From an uncultured Bacteroidales bacterium (GTDB taxonomy: Bacteria > Bacteroidota > Bacteroidia > Bacteroidales > UBA932), in the NCBI GenBank assembly GCA_900545245.1, contig UQYV01000005.1, forward strand, positions 24,922 through 88,921: a DNA stretch of 64,000 nt. Reading direction: 5' to 3'. Under the pieces are notes generated by a model that was not told the DNA's origin, did not search any database, and was given only the letters and a program-made list of their open reading frames with translations. This document shows, piece after piece, positions 58,075 to 64,000 of the stretch; position 1 is the first letter of the stretch; each line of letters starts with the position of its first letter. Position numbers and translations under genes: made by a program.

Positions 58075-59547
58075 ATGAGAAAGATTGCACTTCTTACGGC
58101 ATCGTTTGCCATTTTGTTATCCTGTTCGGGGACAGCAAACCCCGGCGGGAATACACCTCCGGTTGTGGTCTCGCGGGAGTTTCGCCTGACCGTTGACGGA
58201 AAACCATTCCTTATGCTCGGGGCCCAACTCCGCACTGACTATTTTCTTCAGCTTGACGGGCGCGATGTCGATAATCTTGACGACTATTTTTCGCTTGCTG
58301 CTGGTCTGAACATCACCTGCGTACAGGTTCCTGTGGCTTGGAGTGATGTCGAGACCGGATTTGACGAATATTCCGACAAGATTGTCAATGCCTACATTGA
58401 CTATTGCGAGAAATATGGGATGAAGTTGGAAATTCTATGGTTCGGAAGTTATATGTGTGGCTATTCGGTCGAGGGGTATATCCCAGCCTATGTCATAGCC
58501 GACACGGTGACATATCCAGAATTGAATCCGTCCGCGGCATATCAGGGATGGCTCGGAAAACAGTTCTATCTCAAGCCGGGAAATACGAAACTTGTTGCAC
58601 GGGAGGTTAAGGCCATGTCGAAGATGATGGAATTCATCGATGAGCACGACCGTAGTAATGGGTGTCCTCACACGGTAATCGGCATTCAGATTGAGAACGA
58701 GCCTGATATGTTGGCGACAAGACACAATGCAGCGCACGGTTATTCTGCGACCGACCTTTGGCCGAGCCTTATGTACCATTTGAACGAACTCGGCAAGGCT
58801 GTCAAGTCTTCCTCTTACAACTGCTACACCCGTGTGAACCAGACCGTCACTTACGACGACTGGATTTCTTGGAGCAGGAGAATCGTTGAACGAGAAGGCA
58901 TTGACTATGTGGGATTCGACCCGTATGTGAATGATGTCGGGACTCTCGCTGACTGGCTGTCGCAGATTCAGGGCATTCCGGGCAACTTTTCGCACATCGC
59001 GGAAAACGGCGGAGAGTTCATGAACAATGACCTTCTGACGCTTAAGGCTCTGACGATGGGCTGCGGATACGAGGTTTTTGAGGTTATCACCACTCCTCAT
59101 CGATACCTTGTGGATTGGACGCTGCGCGGGGTCTATAATCCGGACTTTACTCCTAAACCGCAGACGCAAAGGCTTATAGATGCCTACGGAATATTTCGTG
59201 CGGCGTGGTATGACTTTGCCGTAGCATCTCCGGAGAAAATGAAAGGATTTAACCTTGGGTCTTCTGATGGGAAGAATACTGCTTCGGAGTCATTTGTCAC
59301 GTCCTTCGGAAAAATCGGATGGGAAACCACCTCACGTGGAGTAGCTTTCGCGATAGAAGGCTCCGGATACATCACTGTTGGATCAACTAAGGCTGATGTC
59401 CTTTCTTTCGATTTCGCGGCTGCGTCAATAGGAATAGGTCATTATGATGCCGCAGGAAAATGGATTAAAACTTCTGATGTCGTGCCTCCGGCAGATGGAA
59501 GACTGTCTTTGTTTCCATGTAAAGTTTACAGAATAACGTTAAAATAA
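58075..59547 (+). CDS. Putative TIM-barrel (clan GH-A-like) glycoside hydrolase lipoprotein; paralog of the 51331 gene
   Basis: Lipoprotein signal (ILLSCSG) and an IQIENEPD motif. It aligns with the 51331 product (GAQLR.D.F...CVQVP..W...E...D...DK......K.E.LWFGS). Confidence 0.45.
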   Translation: MRKIALLTASFAILLSCSGTANPGGNTPPVVVSREFRLTVDGKPFLMLGAQLRTDYFLQLDGRDVDNLDDYFSLAAGLNITCVQVPVAWSDVETGFDEYSDKIVNAYIDYCEKYGMKLEILWFGSYMCGYSVEGYIPAYVIADTVTYPELNPSAAYQGWLGKQFYLKPGNTKLVAREVKAMSKMMEFIDEHDRSNGCPHTVIGIQIENEPDMLATRHNAAHGYSATDLWPSLMYHLNELGKAVKSSSYNCYTRVNQTVTYDDWISWSRRIVEREGIDYVGFDPYVNDVGTLADWLSQIQGIPGNFSHIAENGGEFMNNDLLTLKALTMGCGYEVFEVITTPHRYLVDWTLRGVYNPDFTPKPQTQRLIDAYGIFRAAWYDFAVASPEKMKGFNLGSSDGKNTASESFVTSFGKIGWETTSRGVAFAIEGSGYITVGSTKADVLSFDFAAASIGIGHYDAAGKWIKTSDVVPPADGRLSLFPCKVYRITLK

Positions 59548-59558
59548 GAGATAATAAT

Positions 59559-60785
59559 ATGAAGAAAATTTGGTTTTTATTGACTGCCATAGCAGCGTTG
59601 ATTACCGCCTGCAACAAGACGGAAATACCTTCAATCTTGACGGATATCGAGGAACTTTCTGTTACATCGGATGGCGGTATCTTTGACGTGAAAGTAACGT
59701 CAAATGTTCCTACAAGGACAGAGATTACATACGAGGATGGCTCTGATTGGATTTTCCTTATGCCGAAGGTTCTTAAAGGAGATGGTACTCTCAATTTCAC
59801 AATAAGCAAGTTTCTCGACTATGACGCTGTCCGCAAGGCGACGGCGACGATTACCGGCGACGGCGTGGCTAAAGTCATCACGATCGTTCAGACTGGGCGT
59901 CCTAAGCCAGAGGTGACGGAACTGGATCTTGATTCATACAATGTGTATTCGGATGTTGAGGGGGGCTCTTATGAGATTTCCGTCTCGACTGCCGGAGATT
60001 GGATGGCAAGCGTTGGTGGGGAGGCTGCCTGGTGTACTCTAGAGAATGGTTCTGGTTCGGGAGTGGGAAAGTTTGTGATAAAGGTAGCTGAATCCACGGA
60101 CTACCAATACCGCACTGCGGAGGTAAATGTCATCTCCGGACAACTTAAAAGGATGGTCCTTGTCCAACATGTCGGGACAAAAATAGGCAGTCTTGTATGG
60201 GCAAACGCGAATGTTGATGAACCAGATACATTCGGAAAGAACTGTCAGGTGCGCGGAAAACTCTATCAGTGGAATTCCAAGGTTGGATTTCCTACATATT
60301 CTGCGAACGACCATGGCGAACCTGAAAGACCGATACCTGGATACGTCGGTGGGGCGAAGGATGCTCATTCCGAGACTTGGACGGAAGAAAATGATCCTTG
60401 TCCTGAAGGGTGGAGAGTCCCGACAATTGATGAACTCTGCACTCTTATCGGGCACGAAAAGAGCGAAAAAATGTTCTGGTTTGACTATTGGATGACTAAC
60501 GGTATGTCTGTTGCCGGTGTCTATGCAGGACTTGATAGGGAAGTTATGAAGGCCGAGTCTGGGCTAGGACATATGAAAGGTGCAATCTTCATCCCTCAGG
60601 CAGGTCTTATAGACAGGGATAGTTGCCTTCAGATAGACTGGTGGGATGTTGCCTTGTGGAGCTGTACTAATGTGGGGCAGACCTGGGATATGCGTGCCGT
60701 GTGGATGAATGGTGATCAAAATTATAGTGTTACTGATTGGAGAGGCAGTATGTGTGCTCTATCCGTCCGCTGTGTCCTAAAATAG
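59559..60785 (+). CDS. Surface lipoprotein with two BACON-like domains and a C-terminal Fibrobacter-succinogenes-major-paralogous (Fib_succ_major) domain
   Basis: Lipoprotein signal (LITACN). BACON-like segments end in VITIVQTG and RMVLVQHVG. Fib_succ_major motifs are present (GKLYQWNS, DPCPEGWRVPTIDEL). Confidence 0.55.
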   Translation: MKKIWFLLTAIAALITACNKTEIPSILTDIEELSVTSDGGIFDVKVTSNVPTRTEITYEDGSDWIFLMPKVLKGDGTLNFTISKFLDYDAVRKATATITGDGVAKVITIVQTGRPKPEVTELDLDSYNVYSDVEGGSYEISVSTAGDWMASVGGEAAWCTLENGSGSGVGKFVIKVAESTDYQYRTAEVNVISGQLKRMVLVQHVGTKIGSLVWANANVDEPDTFGKNCQVRGKLYQWNSKVGFPTYSANDHGEPERPIPGYVGGAKDAHSETWTEENDPCPEGWRVPTIDELCTLIGHEKSEKMFWFDYWMTNGMSVAGVYAGLDREVMKAESGLGHMKGAIFIPQAGLIDRDSCLQIDWWDVALWSCTNVGQTWDMRAVWMNGDQNYSVTDWRGSMCALSVRCVLK

Positions 60786-60808
60786 TTCTTTGATTTTTTA
60801 ACTTGCGT

Positions 60809-60840
60809 CCGCTTCCAATATGTACAGCAATTGGAAGCGG
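60809..60840 (+). other. Perfect 11-bp stem-loop CCGCTTCCAAT-N10-ATTGGAAGCGG between the lipoprotein and nucleoside hydrolase genes; candidate attenuator or RNA-processing site
   Basis: Seen in the sequence; no clear U-tract follows. Confidence 0.3.
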
Positions 60841-60863
60841 ATGAATAATAATCTCTTTATGTG

Positions 60864-61895
60864 ATGAAAAAGATTTGTATTACAAAGGAGTGGGAATTTT
60901 TTTTGATTTCTGTATTCCTATTGATGTTGGCATCTTGTACGCAGGTTTCAAAACCGCAGCCTGTTATCTTCGATACGGATATGGGAAATGATATCGATGA
61001 CGCGCTTGCGCTCGCGATGCTCCACCGCTATGCCGATGAGGGGGAGATTCAGCTTCTCGGAGTTATGATTAACAAGAATGATCCTGCTTCGGCGGAATAT
61101 ATAGATATGGTGGACAGCTATTATGGATATGGCTCCGTTCCGATTGCGGTCGCGGAAAGACCGGCGGACTCAAGTGCGGACGGACGCAATGCCGCAGGGC
61201 AGAATTTCGTGGAGGCAGTGGTGTCGAAGTGTGATTTTTCTCGTAGTGTGAAGGATTATTCGGCGCTGCCTTCCGCAGTGAAACTCTACCGGCAGTTGCT
61301 TGCGGGACAGCCTGACCGTTCTGTTACAATCATCTCCACCGGATTCTCGACAAATCTTGCGGCTCTGCTCGACTCTCCTGCGGATGACATATCCCCGCTG
61401 ACCGGGCACGAACTTCTATCGAGAAAAGTGAAACTTGTGTCCGTGATGGCGGGTAATTTTCGGGAAGAGGGGCAGGACAGATTTCCTGAATACAATGTTG
61501 TGAGAGACATTCCGTCCGCACGGAAATTTTTTGCCGAATGTCCTGTTCCCATCGCTGTGTCCCCATTCGAACTTGGTTGGGAAATTTGCTATCCGGCATC
61601 CTCAATTGAGTCCAATCTCGGCTATGATACGCTGAATCCGGTCGTTGAGGCTTACAAGGACTATCTTCCTATGCCGTACAACCGTCCGACCTGGGACCTG
61701 ACCGCGGTTCTCTATGCCGTGGAAAAACCTCAAGAGTTCAGCACAGGTTCTTTGGGTACAGTTTCCATTGATGATTGCGGAATGTCAACATTCACTGCGT
61801 CTGAAAGTGGTCTGCATCGGATTTTGTCTGTAGATCCATCTGCCCGTCAATCCATTCTCGATCGTTTGGTTGAGCTTACGACAAAGGCAAATTGA
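60864..61895 (+). CDS. Secreted or lipoprotein inosine-uridine-preferring nucleoside hydrolase (IUNH family)
   Basis: Signal peptide with Cys (LMLASCT), then the IUNH Ca-binding signature DTDMGNDIDDALAL. Confidence 0.8.
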   Translation: MKKICITKEWEFFLISVFLLMLASCTQVSKPQPVIFDTDMGNDIDDALALAMLHRYADEGEIQLLGVMINKNDPASAEYIDMVDSYYGYGSVPIAVAERPADSSADGRNAAGQNFVEAVVSKCDFSRSVKDYSALPSAVKLYRQLLAGQPDRSVTIISTGFSTNLAALLDSPADDISPLTGHELLSRKVKLVSVMAGNFREEGQDRFPEYNVVRDIPSARKFFAECPVPIAVSPFELGWEICYPASSIESNLGYDTLNPVVEAYKDYLPMPYNRPTWDLTAVLYAVEKPQEFSTGSLGTVSIDDCGMSTFTASESGLHRILSVDPSARQSILDRLVELTTKAN

Positions 61896-61900
61896 CGATA

Positions 61901-62326
61901 TTATTGGATGACACTCAACTTCTTCAGTTTTTCCAAATCGAGATTTGTGCATTTGGCGACAATGTCGGCAGGAACACCAGCTTGAAGGAATTTTTGTGCG
62001 GTCTGGAGTACGGCTTCTTCTCGCCCTTCCCGTCGGGCGGCTTTAATCATACCTTTGGTTCTGAAATCTTCCAACATAATCCTTGTATATAATTGTTTCT
62101 GCTCTTTGTTGAAGTTGGCGACTTTCGCGGCTTTGAACAGTCTCAACATCATCCTGTCCTTCACCCAATCAGGCACTTCGGGCATTTGCCCCATGTTCTT
62201 GAACATATAGCACCAACGGTCAAGGTCGGTTTTGCACTGCTTGGGTGTCTTGTCGAAATGAGCCAACGCTGCAAATATAATACAAATCTTTCTTGTTTTT
62301 GCGCAAGTAATAGTGGACTTGCGCAA
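61901..62326 (-). pseudogene. Remnant (C-terminal half) of a PD-(D/E)XK nuclease family transposase / Rpn-like gene
   Basis: 141 aa containing DRWCYMFKN and a C-terminal TAQKFLQAGVPADIVAKCTNLDLEKLKKL, as I recall for the C-terminal half of the roughly 300-aa Bacteroides proteins of this family. The N-terminal nuclease half is missing. Confidence 0.35.
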
Positions 62327-62390
62327 AATAATTTTGATGAGAAGTTGAATTTAATCCCTTTTGCGGGTTGTTTTTAACGAGAATTGTTGA

Positions 62391-62413
62391 TAATTTTGCG
62401 CAAACGATTGTGC
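62391..62413 (+). promoter_or_regulatory. Transporter promoter -7 box (TAATTTTG) fused to TTGCGCAAACGATTGTGC; second copy of the candidate LacI operator
   Basis: The 19-mer TTTGCGCAAACGATTGTGC is identical to the one at 50305-50323; it lies 60 bp upstream of the transporter ATG. Confidence 0.45.
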
Positions 62414-62472
62414 CGGATGTCGGCACATTTTGTTCAAGACCGATATATTATTAACACATCAAATCTGATACT

Positions 62473-63486
62473 ATGTTTATTGCAAACAGTCAATTTTTGG
62501 CGGTCATCCTTTGTTTCATCACGATGCTCTGTTGGGGCTCGTGGGGAAACACACAGAAAATGGCCGCGAAGAGCTGGAGATATGAGCTCTTCTATTGGGA
62601 TTACGTGATAGGAATGGTTCTGTTTTCCCTGATTCTTGCATTCACGCTCGGCTCGTTCGGTTCGGAAGGACGTCATTTCATCGATGACCTCGCTCAGGCC
62701 GACATCAACAGCATCGCGTGGGTTCTTCTCGGTGCGGTTGTTTTCAATGTCTCCAACATCCTTCTTTCGGCATCGACTTCCAAGGCCGGAATGTCGGTAG
62801 CTTTCCCTCTTGGAGTGGGACTCGCTTTGGTTATAGGAGTTGTCAACAACCTTATTTTCCATCCGAAACCTTCGACAAACATTCCGCTCCTGCTTGTCGG
62901 TGTCGCTCTCGTTGTTGTTGCAATCGTCTGCAACGGAGTCGCTTCGGGCAAGGTCGACAAATCTGAAAGAGACCCACGGGAAAACCGTATGGGACTGATT
63001 TATGCGGTTCTTGCCGGCGTGATAATGTCCTTCTTCTCGGCTTTGGTCTATAACGGAATCGATATCAACAACATACACAACCCGGCTGAGGGAATGCTTA
63101 CTCCATATACCGGAACGGTGATTTTCGCCTTAGGAGTCCTCGTCAGCAACTTCCTCTTCAATTGTGTGTTCACGCTTAATGACTCCTCAAAGCCCGGTGT
63201 GAGATTCGCGGACTATTTCAAAGGTGATGCGAAGACCCATCTCGTCGGCATGCTCGGTGGTGCAATCTGGTGTCTCGGTACCGGTCTCAATTATGTGTCG
63301 GCAGGCACAGCCGGAGCTGCGGTCAGCTATGCCCTCGGTCAGGGTGCTCCACTTATTGCCGCCATTTGGGGCGTGTTCATTTGGAAGGAGTTCAAGGGTG
63401 CGAAAAAGAGTGTGAACTGGCTTCTTGCCCTTATGTTCGTCCTCTTCATCGCAGGTCTTGGCCTGATTATAGCTTCGGGTAACTAG
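62473..63486 (+). CDS. GRP-family (GlcU/RbsU-like, DMT superfamily) sugar transporter; putative ribose uptake permease
   Basis: 337 aa with about 10 TM helices and an N-terminal ...MLCWGSWGN motif similar to GlcU/RbsU. Its promoter carries the same operator-like sequence as rbsK. Confidence 0.55.
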   Translation: MFIANSQFLAVILCFITMLCWGSWGNTQKMAAKSWRYELFYWDYVIGMVLFSLILAFTLGSFGSEGRHFIDDLAQADINSIAWVLLGAVVFNVSNILLSASTSKAGMSVAFPLGVGLALVIGVVNNLIFHPKPSTNIPLLLVGVALVVVAIVCNGVASGKVDKSERDPRENRMGLIYAVLAGVIMSFFSALVYNGIDINNIHNPAEGMLTPYTGTVIFALGVLVSNFLFNCVFTLNDSSKPGVRFADYFKGDAKTHLVGMLGGAIWCLGTGLNYVSAGTAGAAVSYALGQGAPLIAAIWGVFIWKEFKGAKKSVNWLLALMFVLFIAGLGLIIASGN

Positions 63487-63674
63487 GCGACCTTCAAAAA
63501 ATAATCTGCATCGTCTTTCTCATCAGTCGTGTACATCCAGTACACTCCTTCTTTTACCAAGATAAGCGTCTGATTGTCAAGATTATATGTATAGTGTCGG
63601 TTAGAGACATCATTTTTTACAGAAAATGTCGTTTCTAACCGACATTTTGTGTATATTTGCAAAAACAATGAATT

Positions 63675-64000
63675 ATGGACTCTCTTTTTTTGAAACATGA
63701 CCGCTATTATGCCGAAACATCGACGGAAATTATTAGGGAATGCATCAATGATATAGATTGGGATGCTCGTCTAATTTCAATTCAAGGACCAAAAGGTGTT
63801 GGAAAGTCAACCCTAATCAGACAGTTTATCAGGCTTAATTATCCTCAGCATTCAAGAAAGGTTTTGTATTGTTCTATGGATTCCCTGTATTTCAGTAGCC
63901 ATAGCATTAGCGAACTTGTAGAACGCTTTGTCGCTATTGGAGGAGAGCGGCTGTTTTTGGATGAGATTCATAAATATGCTGGTCCATGGGGCACGGAACT
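63675..64000 (+). CDS. AAA-family ATPase (AAA_14/DUF4143-type), 5' partial that runs off the window
   Basis: MDSLFLKHDRYYAETS...ISIQGPKGVGKSTLIRQF (Walker A) ...LFLDEIHKY (Walker B). It is preceded by a -7 box TATATTTG at 63652-63659. Confidence 0.5.
   Translation, partial: MDSLFLKHDRYYAETSTEIIRECINDIDWDARLISIQGPKGVGKSTLIRQFIRLNYPQHSRKVLYCSMDSLYFSSHSISELVERFVAIGGERLFLDEIHKYAGPWGTE

Noticed and set aside
63483-63698. 71-aa minus-strand ORF after the transporter
   Set aside because: It overlaps the hairpin and promoter of the downstream AAA ATPase gene, with no supporting features.
1-64000. CRISPR arrays, tRNA/rRNA genes and prophage or defence-island gene content
   Set aside because: I saw no spaced direct-repeat arrays, no cloverleaf-like conserved tRNA features in the intergenic regions inspected, and no nuclease/ATPase/methylase defence-type gene pairs. 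The only candidates were the Rpn-like remnant and a partial AAA_14 ATPase at the window edge, whose context is cut off.

Overview
This window looks like a Bacteroidales (Bacteroidota) chromosome segment with fairly high GC, roughly in the low-to-mid 50s percent. Four blocks are recognisable. (1) The end of a polysaccharide-utilisation locus on the minus strand: a partial SusD-like gene, a SusC-like gene, and a single-pass TPR/HTH regulator candidate. (2) The first part of the S10 ribosomal protein cluster (rplC-rplD-rplW-rplB-rpsS-rplV-rpsC), which ends at a terminator and is not followed by rplP. (3) About 29 kb of unrelated genes: uvrC, pnuC, acpP, three lipoprotein/outer-membrane genes, a large lipoprotein with a Gly/Tyr-rich tail that I have tentatively labelled DUF4270-like, a short GT5 glycogen-synthase-like gene, and ftsX-DUF3098-uppP-lpxH. 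It also holds a second PUL with an IPT/TIG lipoprotein, SusC, SusD, a lipoprotein I have tentatively labelled DUF1735-like, GH97, a SusE/F-like protein, a frameshifted SGNH-GH37 trehalase, a GH78-like enzyme and a GH127-like enzyme. (4) The rest of the ribosomal cluster, rplP through rplQ, including secY, map, infA, rpmJ and rpoA, with its own promoter-like element and a strong terminator. Downstream sits a ribose/nucleoside-scavenging (rus-like) PUL: a LacI-family regulator divergent from ribokinase, then a GH-A-like lipoprotein, SusC, SusD, a paralogous GH-A-like lipoprotein, a BACON/Fib_succ_major lipoprotein and a secreted nucleoside hydrolase. After these come a remnant of a PD-(D/E)XK (Rpn-type) gene and a GRP-family sugar transporter. 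The transporter promoter carries the same 19-nt promoter/operator sequence as the ribokinase promoter. The window ends in a partial AAA ATPase gene. I found no rRNA, tRNA, CRISPR, integrase or transposase genes. All calls rest on reading the translations and the DNA by eye; nothing was searched against a database.
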